A DNA stretch of 64,000 bases from Gaiellales bacterium (lineage in GTDB: Bacteria > Actinomycetota > Thermoleophilia > Gaiellales > JAICJC01): contig JBJMJD010000009.1 in the NCBI GenBank assembly GCA_045806525.1, forward strand, positions 6,626-70,625. Direction: 5' to 3'. Shown here piece after piece: positions 45,057 to 53,798 of this stretch (positions within the stretch are counted from its first letter, which is position 1; every line of letters starts with the position of its first letter). The notes under the pieces were generated by a model. The model was not told the origin of the DNA. It made no database searches and was given only the letters and a program-made list of their open reading frames with translations. The position numbers were made by a program, and so were the translations under genes.

Positions 45057-45436
45057 CAGGCCAGCTCCATCCGCACCGGCAGCGATCCCGCCTCCAGGAT
45101 CTTGCGCCCGCACCGTGCCAGCCCATCCAGGTTGCTCCGCACGCGTGCCACATAGCTGACCTCGCCGAACGGCTGCGTTTCGCCGTAGAACAGGCACAGC
45201 GTCTGCCGACCCGGGTAGTAGCCGATGTCTCCCGCGACAACGTCGGTCTTGCCGTTCTCCTGCTCTGCGAAGAACGGCACCATGACGATCGTCTCCTCGC
45301 CCGCGAACTTGGCGTGCACCATCGTCGACTCGAACGGCAGGATCGAGCGGATATAGCCGCACACGCGCGGCGCATCGTCCACCAGCAGCTCGGCCTCGAT
45401 CACCTCGCCGTCGCAGAGGATGCGGATCGCCGGCAT
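45056..45436 (-). CDS. Small hypothetical protein, possibly cyclophilin-like fold (DUF3830-like, unverified)
   Basis: 126 aa: IRILCDGEVIEAELLVDDAPRVCGYIRSILPFESTMVHAKFAGEE...GDIGYYPGRQTLCLFYGE. From memory only, this pattern resembles cyclophilin-like DUF families. Confidence 0.4.
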   Translation of the reverse strand: MPAIRILCDGEVIEAELLVDDAPRVCGYIRSILPFESTMVHAKFAGEETIVMVPFFAEQENGKTDVVAGDIGYYPGRQTLCLFYGETQPFGEVSYVARVRSNLDGLARCGRKILEAGSLPVRMELA

Positions 45437-45438
45437 CC

Positions 45439-45735
45439 TCAGCGCTTCGCCGCGGCCGGTGCCACCGCCGCCGGCAGCACCTTCATCACGTCCTCGTGCG
45501 GCCGCGGGATCAGGTGCGCCGACACCAGCTCGCCGGTCTTCTTGGCCGCCGTCGCGCCGGCGTCGATCGCCGCCTTGACCGCACCCACGTCGCCACGCAC
45601 GGCAACGGTCACGTAGCCGCCGCCGATCGACTCGCGGCCAAGGATCTCGACGCTGGCCGCTTTCACCATCGCGTCCGCCGCTTCGATCGCGGCCACCAGC
45701 CCGCGCGTCTCGATCAGCCCCAGTGCTCCATCCAT
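45439..45735 (-). CDS. BMC hexamer shell protein (BMC-H, PduA/EutM type)
   Basis: 98 aa. [61 protein letters not shown] is near-consensus PF00936. Confidence 0.95.
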   Translation of the reverse strand: MDGALGLIETRGLVAAIEAADAMVKAASVEILGRESIGGGYVTVAVRGDVGAVKAAIDAGATAAKKTGELVSAHLIPRPHEDVMKVLPAAVAPAAAKR

Positions 45736-45749
45736 GTCTGCGTCCTCCT

Positions 45750-47546
45750 TTAGGACCCGTACCAGTCGAGGGTGTCAGTTCCGATGTTCAGGTGAATGTT
45801 CTTGGACTCCAGGTACTCGCTCAGCGACTCCAGCCCCAGGTCGTAGCCGGTGCCGCTCTCCTTGTATCCGCCGAACGGCGCCTCCGACGGGTAGACCCCG
45901 TACTGGTTGACCCAGATCGACCCGGCCTCCAGCCTATGCGCCACGCGGTGCGCGCGCCCGACGTCGCTCGTCCAGATCCCGGCCGCCAGCCCGTAGCGCA
46001 CGTCGTTCGCGATCCGCACCGCCTCATCCTCGCCGTCGAATGGCACGATCACCACCACCGGCCCGAAGATCTCCTCCTGCGCGATCCGCATGTCGTTTGA
46101 GCCCGCGAAGATCGTGGGCTCGATGAAGTTGCCGCCGGCCAGCTCCGGGTGCGACGGCCGCACGCCGCCGGCCACCACCGTCGCCCCCTCCGCCTTCCCG
46201 ATCTCGACGTACTCGTAGACGCGCTGGCACTGGCGCTCGTTGATCAGCGCACCCAGCTGAGTCGACCAGCGGTGCGGCATGCCGACCCGGATCCCGGACG
46301 CCTTGTCGGCGAACCGCCGCACGAACTCGTCGTAGACCGGCCGCTCGACCAGCACCCGCGACCCGGCCGAGCAGACCTCGCCCTGGGCCAGGTAGATGCC
46401 GAACACCGAGCCGATCACGGCCCGCTCCAGGTCGGCGTCGGCGAACACGATCGACGGCGACTTACCGCCCAGCTCCAGCGACACCCGCTTGATCGTGCCG
46501 GCCCCCGCCCGCATCACCGTGCGCCCGGTCACGGTCGACCCTGTGAACGCGATCTTGTCGACGCCGGGGTGCTCCGCCAGCGCCGCGCCCGCAGTCGCGC
46601 CCAGCCCCGGCACCACGTTCAACACTCCCGGCGGCAGCCCCGCCTCCAGCGCGATCCGGCCCAGCTCCAGGCACGTCAGCGGTGCCAGCTCGGGAGCCTT
46701 CAGCACGACCGTGTTACCGGCCGCCAGCGCCGCCGAGCCCTTGCGGCAGGCGATGTGCAGCGGAAAGTTCCAGGGGATGATCATGCCCACCACGCCCATC
46801 GGCTCCTTGCGCACGTAGTCGAGCGAGCTGGTCGGCATCGCCAGCACCCGCCCGTCGATCACGCGCACCAATCCCTGGTAGTAGCGCCACGGGTCCCAGC
46901 AGGCCGGCAGGTCGACCAGCGCCGCCTCGCGGATCGGCTTGCCGACGTCGTACGACTCGATCCGCGCCAGCCGGTCGCGGTCGGCCTCGATCAGCTCCGC
47001 TATCCGAAGCAGGATCCGCGACCGCCTCTCCGGCGCCATGTCGCGCCAGGCCGGCAGCGCGTCGCGCGCCGCGCGGACCGCCCGGTCGATGTCGTCGGGC
47101 CCGGCCGCCGCTACCTCCACGATCGTGCGGTTGGTGGCCGGATCGATCGTGGGCACGGTCTCACCGCCGGCGGCTTCGCGCCATTCGCCGTTGATCAGCA
47201 GCTTCGTCTGCAGCGAGCCGGTGTCGGGCAGGCCCTCGATCGGCGCACCGCCGGGCGCCGGCGGCCGGGAGCCGCCCTGCACCCGCCGCCCGGCGGCCGG
47301 CTGTTCGCGCACCAGCCCCGCCAATGCCGGCGCCGGCAAGCCGCCCGCGGTTACAGGAAGCGCCGCCACCACGTCGCCCGCGGGCTGGGGCTGGGACGTC
47401 GCGCCACCCTCGACCAGCCGCACGCCGTGCATCCGGGCCGCGTCCAGCGCCGCGTCGGTCAGCGTCGTGTGCTCGCGCACCATCAGCTCCCGCTCTCCCT
47501 GCTCGGCCAACGCGCGGATGTCGTCGGCGGTGACGAACTCCTTCAC
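45750..47546 (-). CDS. NAD(P)-dependent aldehyde dehydrogenase (hydrolytic type) with about 115-aa N-terminal extension
   Basis: GTG at 47546 overlaps the upstream stop (GTGA); 598 aa. The core starts near residue 115 ([11 protein letters not shown]). Hallmarks [33 protein letters not shown]. The extension is a roughly 46-aa module ([45 protein letters not shown]) plus a Pro/Gly/Ala linker. The remainder of track ORF 45750..49091 is a shadow. Confidence 0.9.
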   Translation of the reverse strand: MKEFVTADDIRALAEQGERELMVREHTTLTDAALDAARMHGVRLVEGGATSQPQPAGDVVAALPVTAGGLPAPALAGLVREQPAAGRRVQGGSRPPAPGGAPIEGLPDTGSLQTKLLINGEWREAAGGETVPTIDPATNRTIVEVAAAGPDDIDRAVRAARDALPAWRDMAPERRSRILLRIAELIEADRDRLARIESYDVGKPIREAALVDLPACWDPWRYYQGLVRVIDGRVLAMPTSSLDYVRKEPMGVVGMIIPWNFPLHIACRKGSAALAAGNTVVLKAPELAPLTCLELGRIALEAGLPPGVLNVVPGLGATAGAALAEHPGVDKIAFTGSTVTGRTVMRAGAGTIKRVSLELGGKSPSIVFADADLERAVIGSVFGIYLAQGEVCSAGSRVLVERPVYDEFVRRFADKASGIRVGMPHRWSTQLGALINERQCQRVYEYVEIGKAEGATVVAGGVRPSHPELAGGNFIEPTIFAGSNDMRIAQEEIFGPVVVIVPFDGEDEAVRIANDVRYGLAAGIWTSDVGRAHRVAHRLEAGSIWVNQYGVYPSEAPFGGYKESGTGYDLGLESLSEYLESKNIHLNIGTDTLDWYGS

Positions 47547-48838
47547 CGCTGGATCCGCCCCACCAGAGGCACCCCGGTGATCGCCTCGCACTCGAGCGTC
47601 AGCGCGCGCAGATCCTCGGGCTCCAGGTTGTGCACGTCCGATTTTCCGCAGGCCCGCGCCAGCATCTGGATCTCCATGGTCATGGCGTTCAGGAAGTTCA
47701 CCACACGCTCGGTGGCCGAGTCTACGTCGAGCCGCGCCATCAGTTCCGGGTCCTGTGTGGTGACCCCGACAGGGCAGAGGCCGGTGTGGCACTCGCGGCA
47801 GGTGCCCGGCGCCACGCCGAGCCTGGCGTAGTCCTCCTCGTAGAGCGGCGCGTTGCAGTTGAGTGCGACCATCGCGGCGGTGGCGATGTAGACGGCGTCG
47901 GCGCCCAGCGCCAGCGCCTTGGCGGCATCGACGCCGTTGCGGATGCCGCCGGCTATCACGATCTGGACATCGCCGTAGGCGCCGATGTCGATCAGCGCCT
48001 CGCGGGCCTCGACCACCGCCGCCAGCGTGGGCACGCCGGTGTGGTCGAACAGCAGCAGCGGTGAGGCCGCCGACGCGCCCTCGAGCCCGTCGATCACGAC
48101 CACGTCGGCGCCGGCCTTGACCGCCAGCCGCACGTCGTCGAACACCCGGCAGGCGCCCAGCTTGACCCAGATCGGCACCCTGTGGCGGGTGGTCTCGCGC
48201 AGCTCCTCGATCTTCAGGCGCAGGTCGTCGGCGCCCAGGAAGTCGGGATGCCGCACCGGCGAGCGCTGGTCGACGCCGGGCGGCAGGTCGCGCATGCCGG
48301 CCACCTCGTCGGACACCTTGAAGCCCAGCAGCACGCCGCCGGTGCCGGGCTTGGCGCCCTGGCCGACCACGATCTCGACCGCATCCGCCTCCGCCATGTG
48401 GTGTGGGTTGTTGCCGTAGTGGCTGGGCGTCACCTGGTACACGAGCGTCTTCGACGCCGCCCGCTCGCGCGGGTGCATGCCGCCGTCGCCGGTGGTGGTG
48501 GAAATGCCAACCTGCGACGCCGCCCGGCCGAGCGCCTCCTTTGCATTCGCCGAAAGCGCTCCGAAGCTCATGCCCGAGATCGCGATCGGCGTCTCCAGCA
48601 CAACCGGGTTCGCGGCCCTCGTTCCCAGTGTGGTGCGGGTCTGGCAACGCTCGCGGTAGCCCTCCAGCGGCACTCGTGACAGCGTGCACGGGATGAAGGT
48701 GAGGTCGTCGAAGTTGGGCACCCGGCGGGTGGTCGAGAAGGCGCCCATCACGTACCGCCCGAGCTCGGCCTTCTGGCGGATGTCGGCCAGCGTCTCCTGC
48801 GACCAGACGTGGCTGGGACGGGACGGGTGCTCGATCAC
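47543..48838 (-). CDS. Glutamate-synthase-type FMN subunit (GltB domain 2 / N-methylglutamate synthase subunit C-like)
   Basis: GTG at 48838 overlaps the upstream stop (GTGA); 431 aa. Motifs LEGYRERCQTRTTLG, PIAISGMSFGALSANAKEALGRAA, TTTGDGGMHPRER, GQGAKPGTGG, IAGGIRNG. Confidence 0.85.
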   Translation of the reverse strand: MIEHPSRPSHVWSQETLADIRQKAELGRYVMGAFSTTRRVPNFDDLTFIPCTLSRVPLEGYRERCQTRTTLGTRAANPVVLETPIAISGMSFGALSANAKEALGRAASQVGISTTTGDGGMHPRERAASKTLVYQVTPSHYGNNPHHMAEADAVEIVVGQGAKPGTGGVLLGFKVSDEVAGMRDLPPGVDQRSPVRHPDFLGADDLRLKIEELRETTRHRVPIWVKLGACRVFDDVRLAVKAGADVVVIDGLEGASAASPLLLFDHTGVPTLAAVVEAREALIDIGAYGDVQIVIAGGIRNGVDAAKALALGADAVYIATAAMVALNCNAPLYEEDYARLGVAPGTCRECHTGLCPVGVTTQDPELMARLDVDSATERVVNFLNAMTMEIQMLARACGKSDVHNLEPEDLRALTLECEAITGVPLVGRIQR

Positions 48839-49545
48839 AGCGCGTCCCTCCAGATCGAGAACTCCTTCTTGTCGTAGCGCCACAGCTTCCCGGCCGAGCG
48901 CACCTTCTGCCACTCGCCGGCAGGCGCGAGGCCGTGACTACCGCAGAGGTCGGCCAGCCAGGCCAGCTCGTCGGCGGACGGTGGCTCGCAAACCGTGTCT
49001 GAGCCCAGCTCGGCGATGCGGCCACCGCAGAACAGCTCACCCTCGTACATCGAGTCGCCGAACCCGGGCCCGGCGTCGCCGCACACCACAAGCCGCGTGC
49101 GCTGGTTCATGAACCCCGACATGTACCCGGTGGATCCGCCGATCACCAGCGTGCCGCCCTTGCCGGCGATCGCCGACCGCGCGCCCGCGTCGCCCTTGAC
49201 GACCACCAGCCCGCCGCGCATCGAGGCGCCGGTGGAGCTGCCGCTATTTCCGCCCACGACGATGCTGCCGTCCATCATGTCGGCGCCCAGCGACCAGCCT
49301 GCGTTGCCGTCAACGGCAACGTCCAGCCCGTCGGACAGGCCGCCGCAGAAGTAGCCGACGTCGCCGCGGAACCGGACGGCCGCGCCGGGGTGGTCAAGGA
49401 AGCCCACCGCCAGGCTGTGCCGAGATCCCGGGTGCAGTACGTCCACCGTTCCGGCTCCGTCGTGCAGCAGCTGCCGTAGGCGGTCGTTGATCTGGCGCGT
49501 GCTGAGGCCCTGCGCGTCCAGCGTGGCCGGCGCTAGCGTGTCCAT
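48835..49545 (-). CDS. GXGXG-motif protein (GltB domain 3 / N-methylglutamate synthase subunit B-like)
   Basis: 236 aa. Beta-helix repeats VDGNAGWSLGADMMDGSIVVGGNSGSSTGASMRGGLVVVKGDAGARSAIAGKGGTLVIGG. Confidence 0.85.
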   Translation of the reverse strand: MDTLAPATLDAQGLSTRQINDRLRQLLHDGAGTVDVLHPGSRHSLAVGFLDHPGAAVRFRGDVGYFCGGLSDGLDVAVDGNAGWSLGADMMDGSIVVGGNSGSSTGASMRGGLVVVKGDAGARSAIAGKGGTLVIGGSTGYMSGFMNQRTRLVVCGDAGPGFGDSMYEGELFCGGRIAELGSDTVCEPPSADELAWLADLCGSHGLAPAGEWQKVRSAGKLWRYDKKEFSIWRDAL

Positions 49546-50450
49546 GCCCGCGCCTCGCCGCCCGCCAGCTCGTAGGTGTCGAAGTCGGCGCGGTCGCCGA
49601 ACGCCTCGGCCAGGGCGATGCCTTCGCTGACGACGGCCACCCAGTCGTCGGTCTCGGCCACCAAACAGGGCTTCGTGGAGAAGCGGTCGCGCGCGACGCC
49701 GAAGCCCTCGGCGGTCGACACCAGATAGGTGAAGGATCCATCTAGGTCGTCGATCGAGTCGCGCACAGCATCGTCCAGCGGCACGCCGGCCGCCATCCGG
49801 TCGGCCAGGTACACCGCGACGAACTCGGTGTCGTTGCCGGTCTGGAAACGGTGGCCGCGCATCTCGAACAGGCGCCGGTTCTTGTAGTAGTTGGTGACGT
49901 GGCCGTTGTGGACGACGGTCACGTCTGGGAACGGTCGCGCCCAGAACGGGTGCGAATGGTTCACGTCAACCCGCGACTCGGTCGCCATTCGGGCGTGACC
50001 GATCGCGTGGCTGTAGCTCGTTCCCAGCACGCCGAACCGCTCCGCCAGCTCGCGGGCGTCGGACGTGTGCTTGAGCAGCTCCAGCGATGTGCCGACCGAG
50101 AACACCCTCACGCCGGGTGCGCTGCGCTCGATCGCATCGGCCAGCGCCCCGATGTCACCGTCACCGCCGTTTCGCGCCAGCCCCAGCCGCCAGTAGCCGT
50201 CGCGGAACTGCTGGTCGGAGAGCTCGAACCCGGCCTCCGAGACGCCGTCGGACACCGCCGCGCGCGTGGCCTCACCGCCGGCCTCGCCGGCCCAGGCCGA
50301 AGCCACCAGGTCGCCCTGGAAGGGTGCGCCGTAGAGCGACAGCCCGGTCGAGTCCGGCCCGCGGCCGCGCAGCGCGGCAAGCATCGCCGTCAGCGTGGCG
50401 GCGACATCGACGCCGTCACGCTTTGCAAGGAATCCGGCGATGCCGCACAT
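49533..50450 (-). CDS. Class-II (Ntn) glutamine amidotransferase (GltB domain 1 / N-methylglutamate synthase subunit A-like)
   Basis: 305 aa, starting MCGIAGFL with nucleophile Cys2. Also RGPDSTG and HARMATES...HPF. Confidence 0.85.
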   Translation of the reverse strand: MCGIAGFLAKRDGVDVAATLTAMLAALRGRGPDSTGLSLYGAPFQGDLVASAWAGEAGGEATRAAVSDGVSEAGFELSDQQFRDGYWRLGLARNGGDGDIGALADAIERSAPGVRVFSVGTSLELLKHTSDARELAERFGVLGTSYSHAIGHARMATESRVDVNHSHPFWARPFPDVTVVHNGHVTNYYKNRRLFEMRGHRFQTGNDTEFVAVYLADRMAAGVPLDDAVRDSIDDLDGSFTYLVSTAEGFGVARDRFSTKPCLVAETDDWVAVVSEGIALAEAFGDRADFDTYELAGGEARAWTR

Positions 50451-50486
50451 GGATGCGACCCTACGCGCTCGGCGGCCGGTGCGTGA

Positions 50487-50501
50487 TGTGCACGATGCAC
50501 A
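50487..50501. promoter_or_regulatory. Inverted repeat TGTGCA-CGA-TGCACA in the 60-nt gap upstream of the amidotransferase gene
   Basis: A 6-bp perfect inverted repeat. It shares the octamer TGTGCACG with the repeat at 55520-55542. It could alternatively be a weak hairpin. Confidence 0.3.
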
Positions 50502-50510
50502 CCCTGCCGC

Positions 50511-51998
50511 TCACCGGGCCAGGTCGGCGAAGGCCGGCGCCAGCGCGTCGAACAGCAGCCGGTAGCGGCGGTAGCCCTGCTCGTAGGCGGCCGCAGCATC
50601 AGGGTCGGGATGGTGCTGCTCGGACGCCAGACGGCACATCGCCGCGGCCGCGGCCGGTACGTCCGCGTGCAACTCGCCGCCCGCGGCTGCCAGCATCGCG
50701 GCGCCACGGGAGGTCGTCTCGACGTCCTCGCTGTATCCGACCGGCAGCCCCGTCACGTCGGCGCGCATCTGACGCACCAGGGCCGAGCGCGCGCCGCCTG
50801 CCACGCAGACCACGCGCTGGCAGCCGAGCCCGGCTGCGGTGATGGCCTCGACGACGTCGCGCAGCGCGTAGGCCGAGCCCTCGAGCAGCGCCCGCACGAG
50901 GTGTCCGCGCCCGTGCGCGGGCGTCAGCCCGTACCAGGCGCCACGGGCTTCCGCCTCCCAGCGAGGCGCCATGGCGCCGCCCATCCAGGGCAGGAACACG
51001 AGCCCTTCGCTGGCCGCCGGCACCGCCTCGGCCGCCCGGTTGAGAGCCTCGTAGTCGGCACCGCCGCCCAGCTCGTCGCGGAACCAGCGGTAGTTGGCGC
51101 CGCTCGCCCAGCCCGGGTTCTCGAGCAGCCAGCGGCCGGGTGCGGCGTGGGGATGGCACTCGGCCACGCGACCGGCGTCGCGCAGCGGCCGGTCGCTGAC
51201 CGCACACACGGGCTCCGCTGTGCCGAGCACGTCGCAGACGGCGCCAGGCTCGGCCAGGCCGGCGCCCAGCGTGGCCGCCATCTCGTCGCCGCACCCACAG
51301 ATCACGAGCGCCTTCTCGCCGAGCCCGGTGGCGTCGGCGAACCCGGCGCTGACAGTGCCGAGCACCGCGTCGGCGGACACGACCGGCGGCAGCAACTCGG
51401 CGTCGATGCCGAACGCATCCAGCAGCGTCGTGTCCCAGCTGCCGGTGTCCGGATCGAGCAGCATGGTGGAGGACGCATTCGACCGGTCGACCGCGTCGGC
51501 TCCGCAGGCAACGCGCACCATGTACGAGCCGGGAAGCAGCGCCCGTGCCGTCCGCGCGTAGTCGTCGGGACGCTCCTGCGCGACCCAGGCCAGCTTCGCC
51601 GCCACATGCGACCCGTCCAGGTTGCAGCCCGACCGCCGGTACCACTCGTCGGCGTCGACGCGCGCCTCGGCCTGCCGGCAGAGCGGGTCGGCGCGGCGGT
51701 CCATCCAGATGATCGCGGGGCCGACCGGCTGCGCGTTGCGGTCGACGCAGACCAGCCCGTCCAGCTGCGAGCCGAACGAGATCGCCCGCACCCGGCGCAG
51801 GTTCACCCGTGCCGCCAGGTCGCGGAACCCGTTCACCAGCGCCGCGCGCCAGTCACGCGGGTCCTGCTCCACCCAGCCCGGACGCGGGTAGCGGAGCGGG
51901 TGCGGCTGGTATGTGGTGGCCAGCCGTTCGCCGGCCGCATCGAACACCGACAGGCATGACCCCTGCGAGCCGACGTCGATGCCGCAGACCAGCTCCAC
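50511..51998 (-). CDS. FGGY-family carbohydrate/polyol kinase
   Basis: 495 aa. Motifs VCGIDVGSQGS, GWVEQDP, PAIIWMDRRA, and the C-terminal FGGY half GGGARS. Confidence 0.85.
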   Translation of the reverse strand: MELVCGIDVGSQGSCLSVFDAAGERLATTYQPHPLRYPRPGWVEQDPRDWRAALVNGFRDLAARVNLRRVRAISFGSQLDGLVCVDRNAQPVGPAIIWMDRRADPLCRQAEARVDADEWYRRSGCNLDGSHVAAKLAWVAQERPDDYARTARALLPGSYMVRVACGADAVDRSNASSTMLLDPDTGSWDTTLLDAFGIDAELLPPVVSADAVLGTVSAGFADATGLGEKALVICGCGDEMAATLGAGLAEPGAVCDVLGTAEPVCAVSDRPLRDAGRVAECHPHAAPGRWLLENPGWASGANYRWFRDELGGGADYEALNRAAEAVPAASEGLVFLPWMGGAMAPRWEAEARGAWYGLTPAHGRGHLVRALLEGSAYALRDVVEAITAAGLGCQRVVCVAGGARSALVRQMRADVTGLPVGYSEDVETTSRGAAMLAAAGGELHADVPAAAAAMCRLASEQHHPDPDAAAAYEQGYRRYRLLFDALAPAFADLAR

Positions 51999-52001
51999 GC
52001 G

Positions 52002-53054
52002 TCAGCCGTTCGGGGCGACGACGACCTTCAGCGCCTCACCCGAGCGGATGCGCTGAAAGGCCGCCGGCGTGTCGTCCAGCGAGACAACATCCGACACGAC
52101 CCCGCGGATGTTGTGCGTGTTGCGGCGCAGCATCTCCAGCGCCTGCACCTGGTCGCGGTGCCGGGAGGCGTAGCTGCCGTGCACCGCCACCTCGCGGTAG
52201 TGCAACACGTTGGAGGGGAAGGCGATCGTGGTCGTGCCCTTGGGCAGTCCGCCGAAGTACAGCACCCGGCCCCGCGGCGCCGCCATCTCCATGGCCTGCT
52301 CCTGCGCCTGCACGTTCGAGCACGCCACGATCACGCGGTCGGCTCCGTCGCCGGTCTCGTCCTTGATGAACTGCACGGGGTCGATGCCGGTGGTGTCGAC
52401 GTACCGGACGTTCGCGTCGTTCAGCACTCCGCGGGCCAGATCCAGCCGGCCGGCCGAGGTCTCGAGCAGGTAGACGAGATCGGCGCCCTGCGCCAGCGCC
52501 AGCGCCACATGCGCGGTGCCGACCGGGCCGGCCCCGATCACGACCACGTGCTGCTCGAGCCCGATGTCGAGGTCCTTGTGGCCGCAGATCGCATCCGAGA
52601 GCGGGTCGGCGAACGTGGCGTGCACCGGGTCCAGGCCATCCGGGAGCACGAACACGTTCTTCAGCGCCACCTGCGGTACCGCGACCAGCTCGGTGTAGGC
52701 GCCCTGGTAGTCGAAGCCCATCAGGCCGCCGTTCTGGCAGAGGTGCTCGTTGCCGCCGCGGCAGAGGCTGCAGTGGCCACAGTAGAGCGTCGAGATCACG
52801 TGCACGGTGTCGCCGACTGCGGCCGCCAGGTCGGCGCCCGCGTCCGGTCCGATGTCGAGCACCTCACCGCAGATCTCGTGTCCCAGCACCGCGCCAGGCT
52901 GGATCCGGCGGTCGCCGTTGAAGAAGGTGCGCACGTCGGTGCCGCAGATCCCGCAGGCGGTCACGCGCAGCAGGCAGCCGTCGGCCGGGCAGGTCGCATC
53001 CGCGACCTCGCCCAGGTGCATCTCGCCCGGCCCGTCCCATATCGCCGCCCTCAT
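52002..53054 (-). CDS. Zinc-dependent alcohol/polyol dehydrogenase (MDR family)
   Basis: 350 aa. Catalytic Zn motifs CGICGTDV and GHEICGEV, structural Zn Cys cluster CGHCSLCRGGNEHLC, and Rossmann VVVIGAGPVG. Confidence 0.85.
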   Translation of the reverse strand: MRAAIWDGPGEMHLGEVADATCPADGCLLRVTACGICGTDVRTFFNGDRRIQPGAVLGHEICGEVLDIGPDAGADLAAAVGDTVHVISTLYCGHCSLCRGGNEHLCQNGGLMGFDYQGAYTELVAVPQVALKNVFVLPDGLDPVHATFADPLSDAICGHKDLDIGLEQHVVVIGAGPVGTAHVALALAQGADLVYLLETSAGRLDLARGVLNDANVRYVDTTGIDPVQFIKDETGDGADRVIVACSNVQAQEQAMEMAAPRGRVLYFGGLPKGTTTIAFPSNVLHYREVAVHGSYASRHRDQVQALEMLRRNTHNIRGVVSDVVSLDDTPAAFQRIRSGEALKVVVAPNG

Positions 53055-53103
53055 GAGCCGCTGATCGTATCGTGAAACCGCTCGCCCGGGCAGGCCGCGT
53101 GGG

Positions 53104-53784
53104 TCACCCGGCGTGGGCGGCTCCGCGCGCGGCGCCCAGGATCGCCGTCAGCTGGGCGGCCAGGTCGCCGCCCGGCACGAACTCGCCGTTGAGCGCGGCC
53201 GTCCCGACCGTGAAGGCCCACACGCCAAGCGCCGACAGCTCCTCGATCCGCGCCACCGAGTCGACCGAGCCGGCGCAGATCAGCGGCAGGCTGGTGGTCT
53301 CGGAAACCCGACGCACCAGCTCGGCGACGTCGCCGTCGTAGCGGTATGCCAGCAGGTTGATCCCGTCCACGCCCTGCGCCTCGACGCGGCGGGCGTCCTC
53401 GCAGATCTCGTCGATCGTTCCCCGCAGCAGGCAGGGATGTCCGACGATGCGGCCGATGTAGGGGAAGTAGCGCATCCCCGACCCCTCGATGATGCGCTGC
53501 ACATCCTGCACCTGCGTTCCGCCGATCAGGTAGTCGGGGTGCACCCGCATCGCCGCCTCGGCTGAGCGCAGCTCGTCCTCGAGCGTGGCCGACACCACCT
53601 CCAGGTGGGTGGTCGCCCCGGCCGCGCGGGCCGAGTCCAGGAACGCCGCGAGCTCCGCCTCGGGCAGGCCGATGTCCTTGCAACCGACGTGGCTGACACC
53701 CACCGTTGTCACGTCTGCGAACACCTCCTGGGCGTCCGTGAGCGTCTTGTCGTCGCGGGTCAGCATGAAGATGAACTCAGGCAT
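53104..53784 (-). CDS. TIM-barrel-like protein of unknown function
   Basis: ATG at 53784 lies 5 nt after GAGGAG; 226 aa. EFIFMLTRDD... and ...PLICAGSVDSVARIEELSALGVWAFTVGTAAL show a distant, from-memory resemblance to ribulose-phosphate-binding barrels of the GlpP/NanE type. Confidence 0.4.
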   Translation of the reverse strand: MPEFIFMLTRDDKTLTDAQEVFADVTTVGVSHVGCKDIGLPEAELAAFLDSARAAGATTHLEVVSATLEDELRSAEAAMRVHPDYLIGGTQVQDVQRIIEGSGMRYFPYIGRIVGHPCLLRGTIDEICEDARRVEAQGVDGINLLAYRYDGDVAELVRRVSETTSLPLICAGSVDSVARIEELSALGVWAFTVGTAALNGEFVPGGDLAAQLTAILGAARGAAHAG

Positions 53785-53798
53785 GTCGTCTCCTCGGG

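Noticed and set aside
45750-49091. 1113-aa ORF in the track that would suggest a giant fusion protein
   Set aside because: Only the C-terminal 598 aa, from GTG 47546, form a coherent ALDH. The upstream 515 codons are an Arg/Gly/Pro-rich alternative frame running across the FMN-subunit and GXGXG genes. This is a stop-poor shadow typical of ~75% GC DNA.
52002-53784. Reading the Zn-ADH / FGGY kinase / TIM-barrel trio as evidence that the BMC is a known sugar-phosphate- or polyol-type compartment
   Set aside because: I recognise no aldolase, sugar-phosphate isomerase or deoxyribose-phosphate aldolase gene in the locus. The genes directly fused to the shell genes are the synthase-like set and the ALDH. 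The trio may supply or consume a pathway intermediate, but this cannot be resolved from sequence.
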